Positions 39,583 through 49,959 are shown, numbered from the stretch's first letter. The stretch: DNA of 64,000 bases from Candidatus Saccharimonadota bacterium (GCA_027492465.1 JAPUET010000009.1:15687-79686), one strand, 5' to 3'. A program made the numbers and translations. Notes: generated from the letters alone by a model not told the origin.

Positions 39583-40630
39583 GAGTTAACTCCGTTATAC
39601 AAGAGGGGAGGTCGGGGTAGAGTGTTAGCTGTTCTTCGCCGAGCAATACTTTCGCTTCATCGCTTCGGGTTCCACTGAGGCGAATATAAAGTCTTGGCAG
39701 GCTGTTAAATTGTTTTCGTGCCTCTATGATCGCTTTTGCCACGTCGTCGCAGCGGACAATGCCACCAAAAATATTAATAATAATGGCGTTTACTCGTGTA
39801 AACGTAATAATTTTCTCGAAACTCTTTATGATTCCTTCTATCGTCGCACCACCACCGATATCAAGGAAGTTTGCAGGTTCTAGGTCTGCGGCTTTGACTG
39901 CATCAACCGTTGCCATGGCCAGTCCAGCACCATTTGCGATAGTCGCCACCGTTCCTTCGGGATTGAGGGTAACAAAATTAGCATTTGTAGACATCTGTTC
40001 AAACCGCCACTCGGGGTGACGAAATGCAGCGGCTAAATCTAGGGTCATTTTACAGTCACCGGCCACTAGGGTATCGGAGGTTGTAAGGACGAAAGGGTTG
40101 ATCTCAAGTAGTAAAGTATCATTTTTTACGAAGCAATTGTAGAGTTTTTCGAGCAAATCTTGCAACGCAAAACTTTTTTCAGGAATGGCTAGATAATCTG
40201 CGAGCGTATCACCAAGAACGGCGATGGTGTTGGGGGTTATTTCATGTCGAAAGAATTCCTCTGCAGCGCGCGATTCTACCTCTATACCACCCTCTTTATG
40301 AGCGACCAGTTCTATTACCGCACTACTTCGGTTTACAAGAAGGGAAAGGTAAAATTCATTCCGTATCGTTAATAGCTCTTCGGCAAGTAAGCTACGAGGC
40401 AGTTCCCCCTTTATGGCAAGGGCAAAAAGTTCATTTGTCGTAGCGCTAGTATCACCTTCTTTGATTAGTCGTATACCGCCGGCTTTACCGCGACCACCGC
40501 TATGGACTTGCGACTTGAGTACGATCGGTGCTTCTGGTACTGGATCAGCAGGGTGGAGTAAAGAACTACTAGGTACGGCAACACCAAACTGCGCAAGAAT
40601 TGCCTTTGCTTCATATTCAAGTAAATCCAT
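39575..40630 (-). CDS. sucC: succinyl-CoA ligase beta subunit (ATP-grasp)
   Basis: Start chosen at MDLLEYEAKAILAQFGV (40630; the ORF track extends to 40690). ATP-grasp N-domain and a C-terminal CoA-ligase domain (NIFGGIVRCDDVA). Overlaps the sucD start by 8 nt. Confidence 0.9.
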   Translation of the reverse strand: MDLLEYEAKAILAQFGVAVPSSSLLHPADPVPEAPIVLKSQVHSGGRGKAGGIRLIKEGDTSATTNELFALAIKGELPRSLLAEELLTIRNEFYLSLLVNRSSAVIELVAHKEGGIEVESRAAEEFFRHEITPNTIAVLGDTLADYLAIPEKSFALQDLLEKLYNCFVKNDTLLLEINPFVLTTSDTLVAGDCKMTLDLAAAFRHPEWRFEQMSTNANFVTLNPEGTVATIANGAGLAMATVDAVKAADLEPANFLDIGGGATIEGIIKSFEKIITFTRVNAIIINIFGGIVRCDDVAKAIIEARKQFNSLPRLYIRLSGTRSDEAKVLLGEEQLTLYPDLPSCITELTHE

Positions 40631-40759
40631 AGGTATATTGTACCGCAAATAACTGACCGGTCGTTCCCCGCGGTGTACTCTCTGAAGCATTAAGTCCCCA
40701 ACAACGGCTCCGTCTAGCTATGATTTGCCGCCACTCTAGCCTATAATGAAGGGCAGAAT

Positions 40760-41569
40760 ATGAAATTACCAAACATTTTTAGCAGGCGAAACCGCATTTT
40801 ACTTCGCGAGCTCATAGTGACTGATTTTAAGCTTCGCTATCAAGGTTCCGTTCTTGGCTATGCTTGGAGTATTTTAAAACCGCTGTTTTTATTCGTTATC
40901 CTTTACATTATTTTTGAAAAATTCTTAAAACTTGGTCGAGATATCGAGCACTTTCCGGTTTATTTGCTCCTCGGCGTCGTGTTGTGGCAGTTTTTTACAG
41001 AATCTACCATTCAAGGTCTACAATCGATTGTTAACAGGGGTGAATTAATTCGAAAAGTTAATTTCCCGAAAGCTATTATTGTCATGTCTGGAACGGTTTC
41101 AGCGCTTATTAATCTTGTTATAAATCTGTTTGTTGTATTGATATTTTGCGCCATTAATGGTGTGGTCATTCGTCCGGAAGCCATTCTAGCGCTTCCTTTA
41201 ATTGCAGAGCTATACATCTTTGCCCTTGCGATTGCGTTTTTCTTGGCGTCGATTAATGTGAAGTTTCGAGATATAGGTTATCTTTGGGAAATATTCCTCC
41301 AGGCAGCCTTTTACGCTACACCAATCATTTATCCTATTCAAATGGTAATAGCCGAAGCACCCGAGGCCGCAAAATGGTTGCTACTAAACCCCGTGACGCA
41401 AATAATACAAGATCTGCGCCAGGTTTTGGTGACACCAGAGACTATCCAGTTGTACGATTTAGTCCATGGCTGGAAAGTCGCAATACCATTTATGATTATC
41501 ATCGCTACCGTTTTATTAGCAAGCTGGTATTTTAAACGTAACCAGAAGTATTTCGCGGAGCAAATTTAA
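40760..41569 (+). CDS. ABC-2 type polysaccharide/teichoic-acid exporter permease (Wzm/TagG-like)
   Basis: 269-aa ORF. Contains LRELIVTDFKLRYQGSVLGYAWSILKPL, the hallmark start of Wzm/TagG permeases. Six TM helices. Confidence 0.9.
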   Translation: MKLPNIFSRRNRILLRELIVTDFKLRYQGSVLGYAWSILKPLFLFVILYIIFEKFLKLGRDIEHFPVYLLLGVVLWQFFTESTIQGLQSIVNRGELIRKVNFPKAIIVMSGTVSALINLVINLFVVLIFCAINGVVIRPEAILALPLIAELYIFALAIAFFLASINVKFRDIGYLWEIFLQAAFYATPIIYPIQMVIAEAPEAAKWLLLNPVTQIIQDLRQVLVTPETIQLYDLVHGWKVAIPFMIIIATVLLASWYFKRNQKYFAEQI

Positions 41570-41570
41570 T

Positions 41571-42740
41571 ATGAAGTCTTCTGAAAGTATGGTTTCGGCG
41601 CATAATCTTACAAAGTCGTTTAGAATTCCTATTGAGGCGAGCAGTGGTATTAAGCAGAGGCTCATAAATGTATTGAAAGGTCGTAAAGGATACCGAACCT
41701 TTACCCCATTGAACGGCATTTCTTTAGAAATAAAGAAAGGTGAATTTTTTGGAATAGTTGGGCGTAACGGATCGGGAAAGAGTACATTACTAAAAACGAT
41801 TGCCGGAATCTACACACCTAATAAAGGTTCAGTTCAGGTAAATGGAACACTGGTGCCTTTTATTGAACTAGGCGTCGGGTTTAACCCTGAATTAACGGGT
41901 AGGGAAAACGTTTTTCTTAATGGGGCACTGCTTGGATTTAGCCATAAGCAAATGGAGGCAATGTATACCGATATTGTAGAATTTGCCGAACTTGAAAACT
42001 TTATGGAAGAACGCCTAAAGAACTATTCAAGTGGGATGCAGGTTCGTTTGGCGTTTTCGATCGCTATTAAAGCTGAAGGTGATATTTTACTGCTTGATGA
42101 AGTGCTTGCGGTAGGTGATGCGGCGTTCCAGCAAAAATGTTATCACTACTTTGACGAATTAAAGGAAAAGAAAAAGACCGTTATTTTGGTGACGCACGAT
42201 ATGGCAGCGGTATCACGATTTTGTGACAGAGCGTTATACCTTGAAAACGGAAAGGTATCTCTGATTGGGCCAACCCGAGATATCGCAAATAAATATCTTG
42301 AAGATAACTATAATCGTATCTCGAAGGATTCAAGTAAGGCAGGCAGCGGTGAGCAAAAGCGCGCGACAATCGAAAAAATAGAGCTTAATGCTAAAACGTT
42401 TGAAATAGGCGATAAACTCGAGGCTATTATGAGTTATGCAAACCCAGAGAAACTACCTTTACACTTTGGTTTTCAAATATTTGGTCAAGACGGAGCGTAT
42501 GTTTTTGGTACAAATACGAAAGTTGGTGATAAAAATCCCGTTACCCATGAAGCGGGTGAGGTGCGTATATCGACAAAACTTCAGCTTGTACCTGGTCTCT
42601 ACTATCTTACGGTTGCAACGATGAACAAGGGCGCCACAGAGGTATATGATTACCGAACGAACATCGAAAAGATTATTATTAAAAATTCATCGGATGTTGG
42701 CGGCATAGCATTTCTTGATTATGACTGGGATGTAGAGTAA
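41571..42740 (+). CDS. ABC exporter ATP-binding protein (Wzt/TagH-like) with C-terminal extra domain
   Basis: 389-aa ORF. Walker A GRNGSGKST, signature YSSGMQVRLAF, Walker B ILLLDEVLAVGD. An extra C-terminal beta domain of about 140 aa resembles Wzt glycan-binding modules. Confidence 0.9.
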   Translation: MKSSESMVSAHNLTKSFRIPIEASSGIKQRLINVLKGRKGYRTFTPLNGISLEIKKGEFFGIVGRNGSGKSTLLKTIAGIYTPNKGSVQVNGTLVPFIELGVGFNPELTGRENVFLNGALLGFSHKQMEAMYTDIVEFAELENFMEERLKNYSSGMQVRLAFSIAIKAEGDILLLDEVLAVGDAAFQQKCYHYFDELKEKKKTVILVTHDMAAVSRFCDRALYLENGKVSLIGPTRDIANKYLEDNYNRISKDSSKAGSGEQKRATIEKIELNAKTFEIGDKLEAIMSYANPEKLPLHFGFQIFGQDGAYVFGTNTKVGDKNPVTHEAGEVRISTKLQLVPGLYYLTVATMNKGATEVYDYRTNIEKIIIKNSSDVGGIAFLDYDWDVE

Positions 42741-42745
42741 AGATC

Positions 42746-44425
42746 ATGAACATCATAAAAGTAATGGGGAAAACTTTAAACGTTCATTCAAAAAGACGTA
42801 TTAAACGATTTATTCTAAAAAATATACATTTTGATCGCTTGATCGATACGTACGATAGTTGGATTGTAGAGAATTTCCCCGATGCACTAGAAATTTTACG
42901 CGAAAAAGAGCAAATCAAAACCTTTGCTTATCAGCCGCTTATATCAATCACGGTTCCTACTTACAATACGCCGGCAGACTTTTTGCATGAATGTATTCGA
43001 TCGGTACTTGTGCAGAGCTATGAAAATTGGGAGCTGGTATTGGTTGATGATGCCTCGCCAGATTCAACCGTGCGTGACATTATAAAAGAGTACTCTCATG
43101 CCGATACGCGTATAAAATATAAGTTTTTGAAGCAGAATCACCATATTGCCGGAGCAACCAATGAAGCTATTAAACTTTCAACCGGAGAGTTTGTCGGCTT
43201 ATTCGATCATGACGATATTCTTTGGCCAAACGCTCTTTTTGAGGTGGTGAAAGTATTAAATAAAGAGCAAAATGCAGACTTTATCTACACGGATGAAGAT
43301 AAAATTATAGAAACAAAGTCAAGGCACGCCGAGCCCTTCTTTAAACCTGACTGGAGTCCGGCCCTTCTTAGAACTTGTAATTATATTACGCACTTTTCGG
43401 TATTTAAACGCGATCTTCTAGATAAAGTCGGGTACGAGGATGGTGCCTATAATGGTGCACAAGATTGGGAAATGATTTTGCGTGCTACGCGTGAGGCAAA
43501 AAATATTCAGCACATTCCTAAAATTGTATATAGTTGGCGAGTCCACGATAACTCAACGGCAAAAACGATGGAGTCAAAACCATACGTGGTTGCCGCTCAA
43601 CAAGCCACAATTGCCGCGGACATGTTGGCTCGAGGGTATGCTGCCGATCAATTTATGGCTGCTCCCCATAAAAAATATTTTTCGTTTTGGAATACAACCA
43701 TCACTACCGTGGAAAATACGAAAGTAAGCATAGTCACGCTGGATCACGCGCAGGCTCGCCAGATAGCCGCTAAAACATCTTACAAGAATTATGAACTTAT
43801 CGTTGCTCCGTCGTACCAAGAAGGTGTAGAAAAATCTACGGGCGAATACATAGCACTTTTTGAACCGAATATACGCGTTAGCTCGGCACGGTGGATAGAG
43901 GTATTAATTAACACTGCAGCCCAGGCGGATACGGGTATTGTGGGTGGTCTCACAACCTATTCAAATGACGGTTTTATCTATAGCGCTGGTATTACAGTTA
44001 ACCAGGATCAAAAATTTGTCCGGGTACTCAGTGGGGGGGTTAACAAAAATCACCTAAAAACACTAACGCGCACGCTCTATGTTAATGCCAGGCGTAATAC
44101 CACAGCCGTTACTGGCGGCGTAATGATTAAACGGGACCTGCTCAAAGACTATCGTTTTAAAAGCGGCACTCCTCTAGAGCAGTTGATATATCTTGGCGCG
44201 GATCTCATTGAAAAGGGCTACTATAATGTCTACGAACCCGAGTTTATAACGAAAGTCCCCTTGCACTACAAAGAAAAGAAAAAACATGTCAACAAAGACC
44301 GTAAAAGTAGCTACGCGGACATAGAAGTTGAAATGAGCCTTCGGCAAGAAGATTTTCCGAAAGTACTGCAAACCTGCTATTTTTACGACGATCTGGTAAG
44401 TTATCCAGAGAGCGATGTATTATAA
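42746..44425 (+). CDS. glycosyltransferase family 2, two-module
   Basis: 559-aa ORF. N-module has ISITVPTYNTP, LVDDASPD, FDHDD. A second, degenerate GT-A-like module spans about aa 330-480. Confidence 0.85.
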   Translation: MNIIKVMGKTLNVHSKRRIKRFILKNIHFDRLIDTYDSWIVENFPDALEILREKEQIKTFAYQPLISITVPTYNTPADFLHECIRSVLVQSYENWELVLVDDASPDSTVRDIIKEYSHADTRIKYKFLKQNHHIAGATNEAIKLSTGEFVGLFDHDDILWPNALFEVVKVLNKEQNADFIYTDEDKIIETKSRHAEPFFKPDWSPALLRTCNYITHFSVFKRDLLDKVGYEDGAYNGAQDWEMILRATREAKNIQHIPKIVYSWRVHDNSTAKTMESKPYVVAAQQATIAADMLARGYAADQFMAAPHKKYFSFWNTTITTVENTKVSIVTLDHAQARQIAAKTSYKNYELIVAPSYQEGVEKSTGEYIALFEPNIRVSSARWIEVLINTAAQADTGIVGGLTTYSNDGFIYSAGITVNQDQKFVRVLSGGVNKNHLKTLTRTLYVNARRNTTAVTGGVMIKRDLLKDYRFKSGTPLEQLIYLGADLIEKGYYNVYEPEFITKVPLHYKEKKKHVNKDRKSSYADIEVEMSLRQEDFPKVLQTCYFYDDLVSYPESDVL

Positions 44426-44430
44426 AAAGT

Positions 44431-45759
44431 ATGAACACAGCCTTTTTTGACCGCCATAAAAAAACAATTGATATATTGTTCATACTTTTTATTGCGGCCG
44501 CATTTTTATGTTGGTCATTTCGTATTACAGCAGATCTTACGAGTATGCTAGCCGGTCCTGACGAGGGGATGCGCTATATTCTGCCGAACTTTATTTATGA
44601 ACACGGACGGCTCCCTACCGGCTACGAGACCGGTATTCATGGTAACTGGTCGTATGCGTTTTACCCACAGGTTCTTGGCGCGATTATTAGCGCCGGTTTT
44701 ATAAAAATAGCGTCGATATTTACTCAAGACCTTTTCTGGTTGGTTCATGCCGCCAGACTCACAAGTATTATATTTGGGGTGATTGCCGCAATATTTATTC
44801 GACGTTCGGCACGTCTATTATTTGATGGCCATAAACACCAGATGCTTATTGGTAATATGGCACTTGTATTCTTTGCTCTTTTGCCGCAGGTGACGTTTTT
44901 ATCTTCCTATGTAAATAATGACATTATTGCTCTTGCGGGAGTATCGATGATTATCTACGCCTGCCTTTTTGTCTACAAGAGAAAAATCACTACGGCACCT
45001 TTGGTATGGTTCGGTATGGGTACGGTGTGTGCGGTGCTCGGTTATCTGAATTCCTACGGATTTGTGCTTGTTGGCGCGCTTTATCTTCTTATACGCTTAA
45101 TTCAACAATACAAAAAAACGAAGGACGGTAAGGCTTTGGCGATCCAGATTGCACTTGCTGCCGGAATCCCGCTACTTATTTGTCTTCCGTTTTTAATTCG
45201 CAATATGCTGCTATATCACGGTGATATCCTGGGCATGGCGACCTTCCGTGCCGAATATACGAAATGGGTAGAGCAGACCGGAATTATTCTACAAAACCCC
45301 TATAAAGAGGGATTACTTTACCTCATAACGCATACTCTATGGATACCTGATACTATCAAATCGTTTATTCTTGGATATTTTGGCGGCTGGAGTAGGGGTG
45401 TTGCTCTCGTGCAGTACTGGCCATATTATTTGCTTATTGTAAGTGGTTTGATAGGATTCGTGGCTCGCCTACGTAAAGCTAGAAAGAGCCATGAGCGAAA
45501 AGTGCTTATATGGTTAATGGTTACCGGCATAACTATTACAATTGCTCTAAACTTTTATTACACACTCATGATTGATTACCAGCCGCAGGGTAGATATATT
45601 ATTTATCTTGCGGTCCCGCTCATACTTGCCATTACAGCGGGTATCTATCACTTTATAGAGAAAGTTATTAAACCTGCGCATGTATCGATTGTTCTTGTGG
45701 TGTTGATGGCCTTATATACCATACTCCACTTGAGTGTTGTTTATCAAACGCTATTTTAG
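44431..45759 (+). CDS. GT-C-like polytopic membrane protein (ArnT/PMT_2/DUF2142-like)
   Basis: 442-aa ORF with more than 10 TM helices. The first exported loop carries AGPDEGMRY, comparable to GPDEGAHF in the neighbouring DUF2142-like gene. Confidence 0.7.
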   Translation: MNTAFFDRHKKTIDILFILFIAAAFLCWSFRITADLTSMLAGPDEGMRYILPNFIYEHGRLPTGYETGIHGNWSYAFYPQVLGAIISAGFIKIASIFTQDLFWLVHAARLTSIIFGVIAAIFIRRSARLLFDGHKHQMLIGNMALVFFALLPQVTFLSSYVNNDIIALAGVSMIIYACLFVYKRKITTAPLVWFGMGTVCAVLGYLNSYGFVLVGALYLLIRLIQQYKKTKDGKALAIQIALAAGIPLLICLPFLIRNMLLYHGDILGMATFRAEYTKWVEQTGIILQNPYKEGLLYLITHTLWIPDTIKSFILGYFGGWSRGVALVQYWPYYLLIVSGLIGFVARLRKARKSHERKVLIWLMVTGITITIALNFYYTLMIDYQPQGRYIIYLAVPLILAITAGIYHFIEKVIKPAHVSIVLVVLMALYTILHLSVVYQTLF

Positions 45760-47181
45760 AAGAATATCTTTAACACCATCTGCTGGCGTGTAAAAGAAAA
45801 TATATGTCAATATAACATACGTCGTAAGACTGAATGCGGCAGTGGCTGTGACAATTTTTGTTAAAAGGCCCTGGTTGATCTTAATTGCCACAAATTGCTT
45901 CAGATACCCGAATACGGGAATGAGAAGTATTAAAAGCGGTGTAAAATAACGTCCCTGCATGCCTTGAATGTACGTCGCGCTTGATCCGGCAACGAACGGG
46001 AGCAGTGTCCACTGGAAATACATACCTATAGTAATACCAAGTATGGAGAGTATGAAAGCGCTACCGCAGATAACAGCAAACCGTTTTTGTACAACTGGTG
46101 TTTTGGCGCCTAGTAATACAAGAGCCAGTACCGATAGTTGTAAAAAGACAATCCACGCCGGTAGCCTGTACCAAAGCCAGGCAAAGTTGCCGACTATACC
46201 GCTAGTAAGTATGGAGTCGAGTTGTCCATTCACTTCGGGTCTAAAAAACGTATTAAAGAATACGCCTATAAATTTGAACGTTCCAATTCCGTGTGAACCC
46301 AGATATCTGTCAAACAAGAATAACAATCCGACAGCGACGAGCGCGCCAATTACGAAAAGTAATACCCGAAATTTCTTTACGTAATCAAAAGCCAAGCTCT
46401 TCCACTGAATAACCTTGCTGGCAACTCGGGGTTTACAATAAAGGTTGGGCGAAAGGAACGGGAGAATTGCAAATAGTATGATATTTGAGCGCTTATTCAC
46501 TACTAAAAGTATGGCGAGAGCGAGTAAAACGATAACCTGCTTTTTTGAAAGACGTGTTTTTTGCAATGAGAGATTAATCATTAGTCCCACCCAGGCAAAT
46601 ATTGCCACCATATTCATTACGTCATACGAGAGAGATCCCGCCTGCTGAATCATCATAGGAAACAATGCTATAAAGGCAAACGCTAATTTTCCGTACCGCA
46701 CGTACTTAATCACGAAATAAATAGCGGCTACATACACAGCGAGGTTTGCAAGCCGTCCAAACAGTACCATCACTCCAATCGATGGATGAATGAGACGGCC
46801 TAGCAGTATGCCAAGTGCCTGAGGAAGGTGGGTTATATCCAACGTACTTGTTTGTCGGCTATCGTTTACTGAATTAATGTCGACGTCTTTAGTGTAGTTG
46901 AGCTTAATGTCATCACCCTCTAGGTCGGCAGTTTCTCCAAATAGATCGTTGATGTAGTTTCCATTATTTACTTCTTTCACCGAGTCTTCGGCGGAAACAA
47001 GTAAATCCTGAGGAATCTGCTTATTTTTCGTGAACATACTATAGCTCACCCAAAAATGAGCGCCTTCATCTGGCCCTGTGAGAATGGGGAGCGTGAAAGC
47101 ACTTACAATACCAAAGAAGAGACTGATAACAAGAAAAAGTCTTTCGGGTTGCTTTAAAAACTGCTTAGTGTTGAATTTCAT
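45751..47181 (-). CDS. DUF2142-like polytopic membrane protein (GT-C-like)
   Basis: 476-aa ORF that is multi-TM. The first loop has the TGPDEGAHFW motif typical of DUF2142. Confidence 0.72.
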   Translation of the reverse strand: MKFNTKQFLKQPERLFLVISLFFGIVSAFTLPILTGPDEGAHFWVSYSMFTKNKQIPQDLLVSAEDSVKEVNNGNYINDLFGETADLEGDDIKLNYTKDVDINSVNDSRQTSTLDITHLPQALGILLGRLIHPSIGVMVLFGRLANLAVYVAAIYFVIKYVRYGKLAFAFIALFPMMIQQAGSLSYDVMNMVAIFAWVGLMINLSLQKTRLSKKQVIVLLALAILLVVNKRSNIILFAILPFLSPNLYCKPRVASKVIQWKSLAFDYVKKFRVLLFVIGALVAVGLLFLFDRYLGSHGIGTFKFIGVFFNTFFRPEVNGQLDSILTSGIVGNFAWLWYRLPAWIVFLQLSVLALVLLGAKTPVVQKRFAVICGSAFILSILGITIGMYFQWTLLPFVAGSSATYIQGMQGRYFTPLLILLIPVFGYLKQFVAIKINQGLLTKIVTATAAFSLTTYVILTYIFFYTPADGVKDILLK

Positions 47182-47200
47182 TTTAGTACATCAGTAAATA

Positions 47201-49399
47201 TTACTTCTGTACTAATTTTACTACGATCGCTTCAATTGGCCTATTCGAGTCGGGTGTTCCAGCTTGTTCACCGTTTTTTACCCAGTCTTGCCAACCTACA
47301 TACGAGACATGTGCTCTATAGTAGATATCATATCGGCTGGCAGCCTCTCCGCCTAGAGATAATTTTATAGCCTCTAGCGATTTAGATTGCCCCGTTGTAC
47401 CACAGGTAGCGCTTTGTGCTATGTCATTTACCCAACCGGTAGATTTTACATAGGCTGAACATGTAATTGCGAGCGTACCAAATAATGAGCTAGAAGTATC
47501 GAAACGAAGTGCTTCCATGGGTCTACCTTGTCCGGTAGTGCCTCCAGTGCTATTGGGGCCAGTACCCCCAACCCAGCCAATGTAACTGAGATGGGTAGAG
47601 TAGGATAGTGTATAGTTATCGGGGAGTCCTACGCTTTGTGGATTATAAAGACTGCCATTATCGGATAAACCTGATGGCGTAGTACCCTTCGGTACTAGTC
47701 TTGTTTCAACTGCCTCTAGCTGACGACCAGCGCCCATAGAGCCGGCCGTGCTGCCATTTTTAGTCCACCCAAGCCAGCCCATGTACTGAACATAGCCTCG
47801 GTACCAAACGTCGTAATTGTCATTGAGGTTTCCGGTAAGACTGATGCGAATTGCCTCCATGCGACGCTCTTGCCCTGTGGTGCCGGCAATTTGGTCATTC
47901 GATTTAAATTCCTGCCAGCCGATATTTGCAAGATAGCCAGCATAAGAGATGCCCCCACTAATACCGGTGGTGTTAGTGATATTTAGTTTTATTGCCTCGA
48001 TTCGCTTACTTTGCTCGGTGGTGCCACTCACCATGCCATCGGTTACCGTAGGCTGCCACCCCCTATCGGCAATATGTGAACTGATATTCAACGAAAGCGT
48101 AGGACTGGAACTTACAACGCCACCGTTTCGGTAGATGTCGGTAGTTGGCGAAGGTGCGGTGGAATTTTTTGGCACTAAGCGTAGCTCGATAGCCTCAATG
48201 TTGCTTGTGCTGCTGCCTGATATACCAGCAGTCTGTCCATTTTTTGCCCATCCTAGCCAACCGATGCCGCTAATATGTGTGCGGTAATAAAGGTCAAATC
48301 GACTAGCGAGTGACCCGGTTGGGTTAATCTTTATCGCTTGGATTGGCTTACTTTGGCCAGTGGTGCCGCTCACCATCCCGTTATTTACCGTTGGCTGCCA
48401 GCCATCCGTGTAGTTGTAGGAAGCATATTCTACTTCGCCAACAATTTGAATTGCCTGCATAGACTTGCTTTGTCCAGTAAAACCAGTAATGCCATTATTA
48501 GTGACAGACGATGTCCATCCATAGTTGCTAATGTGCGACTTATAGCTTAGAAGAGACTCATTGCCCGTGGTTGGCCCGAACCAATCAGTGAAGTAGCTAT
48601 AAAAATTCAGGTTGCCAAAAGCGCCACAGTTTGGATAGGCCGAACTTGTTCCGCCACCTAGAGCGTAAGAATTTGGTTGGTACGGTGTGTAGTTGTATAG
48701 TGCTTGAGTAGCTCGCGTTTCTATGTAAACTGTACTGCCGCCACAGCTTGCCGACGGATTATACTGTATATAGTTATTTCCTAATACGTAAGGTGTATAC
48801 CACTGGTTTTGCGGTACATTATCGAGGATAGCACGAAACATTTTCGCGGCACGATCAATTTGGTTGACAAGACCGTAGTACTGCGAATCGCAGGCTGCAG
48901 TGTCGGGGCATCCATAGCCAGTGGCGCTGCGATATTGAATGTTGAGCGGCCAGGTATCTGTAACAAGAGACTGCTCTTTTTGTAATAAAACCAGGATCAC
49001 TTGGGGATTAATGCTGTACTTTTGTGCCGCATCGTAAATAACCTGTGCTGCACTGCGCCCATCACTAACGGTGTAATCTTTTAGGCACGGGAAGGTGGAC
49101 TGGCCATACTTACCCTGAGCCCATTCCCACCGTTGTACGCGACCATCACCGTTTAGATCGGATCCACCATATTCTGAGTTTTGCTGGCCATTAGTGTCGC
49201 AGGTGGCCACCTTGGCATTCAAAAAGTTTTGAATGTCGCCTGCGTTCATTGTGCTTTTATTGGCCATCACCGAGTCGTCAATAATTCGACCAGCCGAGAA
49301 CCCGGCAGTATATGCGCTCGACCGGCTGGCCAGTCCAACAGAAAAGAGCACCGAAGTGATGGCGGTGAGTGTAATAAACCGCGAAAAACTCTTTTTCAC
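47201..49399 (-). CDS. secreted surface protein with nine ChW (clostridial hydrophobic W) repeats
   Basis: 732-aa ORF with a signal peptide. The N-terminal domain is about 260 aa (..INPQVILVLLQKEQSLV..). Nine repeats of roughly 45-50 aa follow the pattern (H/Y)xxxxGWxxxxxNGxxxGTTGQSKxxEAIxIxL. Confidence 0.85.
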   Translation of the reverse strand: MKKSFSRFITLTAITSVLFSVGLASRSSAYTAGFSAGRIIDDSVMANKSTMNAGDIQNFLNAKVATCDTNGQQNSEYGGSDLNGDGRVQRWEWAQGKYGQSTFPCLKDYTVSDGRSAAQVIYDAAQKYSINPQVILVLLQKEQSLVTDTWPLNIQYRSATGYGCPDTAACDSQYYGLVNQIDRAAKMFRAILDNVPQNQWYTPYVLGNNYIQYNPSASCGGSTVYIETRATQALYNYTPYQPNSYALGGGTSSAYPNCGAFGNLNFYSYFTDWFGPTTGNESLLSYKSHISNYGWTSSVTNNGITGFTGQSKSMQAIQIVGEVEYASYNYTDGWQPTVNNGMVSGTTGQSKPIQAIKINPTGSLASRFDLYYRTHISGIGWLGWAKNGQTAGISGSSTSNIEAIELRLVPKNSTAPSPTTDIYRNGGVVSSSPTLSLNISSHIADRGWQPTVTDGMVSGTTEQSKRIEAIKLNITNTTGISGGISYAGYLANIGWQEFKSNDQIAGTTGQERRMEAIRISLTGNLNDNYDVWYRGYVQYMGWLGWTKNGSTAGSMGAGRQLEAVETRLVPKGTTPSGLSDNGSLYNPQSVGLPDNYTLSYSTHLSYIGWVGGTGPNSTGGTTGQGRPMEALRFDTSSSLFGTLAITCSAYVKSTGWVNDIAQSATCGTTGQSKSLEAIKLSLGGEAASRYDIYYRAHVSYVGWQDWVKNGEQAGTPDSNRPIEAIVVKLVQK

Positions 49400-49959
49400 T
49401 ACTGAACCTCCACACTTGTTGTATAGGAAGAAGTGAGAGTTTCATTTTCGAAACTAACTTTAATTGACCATGATCCTGCCGCGAGGCTTGAACGGGGTAC
49501 GTCAAAGCCTTTGCAGGTAGTGTAGGAGGGCTGAGCTTGTACTTCGGCCGTGGCGGTGTATGTTTTGCCACTTGGCCCGGTCATTACGAGCGTACAGGTG
49601 CCAGAGGAGCTAACAGTTTGAATAATACTTCGAATATATACTCCGTTTGTGTCTTGGCTTAGAGAAGCGCTATATGAATTGACGGATGATTTGCCGCCAT
49701 TTGGTGATTCAATCGGGGCTGGCGTAGGGTCGCTTCCCGTATTGGATTTGCCGTTTTCATCCTGAGATATAACATCGTTTTTTATTTTTTCGGATGTTCC
49801 TTTCTGCTCTTCAGAAAGTTGATCGCTACTTTGGTCGGTGCGCTGGAATGGCCATGTTTTGGTGAAATATAACGCTGCAAGAGCGGCAAAGATGACAATA
49901 GCAACAATGCTTATGTATAGATAAGGTCGTTTCTTGTTAGTGCGCGTGTTTATTTTCAT
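49399..49959 (-). CDS. bitopic membrane-anchored protein, unknown function
   Basis: 186-aa ORF. N-terminal TM (YLYISIVAIVIFAALAALYF), a low-complexity linker, and a C-terminal beta-rich domain with 2 Cys. Its stop abuts the start of the ChW gene. Confidence 0.65.
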   Translation of the reverse strand: MKINTRTNKKRPYLYISIVAIVIFAALAALYFTKTWPFQRTDQSSDQLSEEQKGTSEKIKNDVISQDENGKSNTGSDPTPAPIESPNGGKSSVNSYSASLSQDTNGVYIRSIIQTVSSSGTCTLVMTGPSGKTYTATAEVQAQPSYTTCKGFDVPRSSLAAGSWSIKVSFENETLTSSYTTSVEVQ

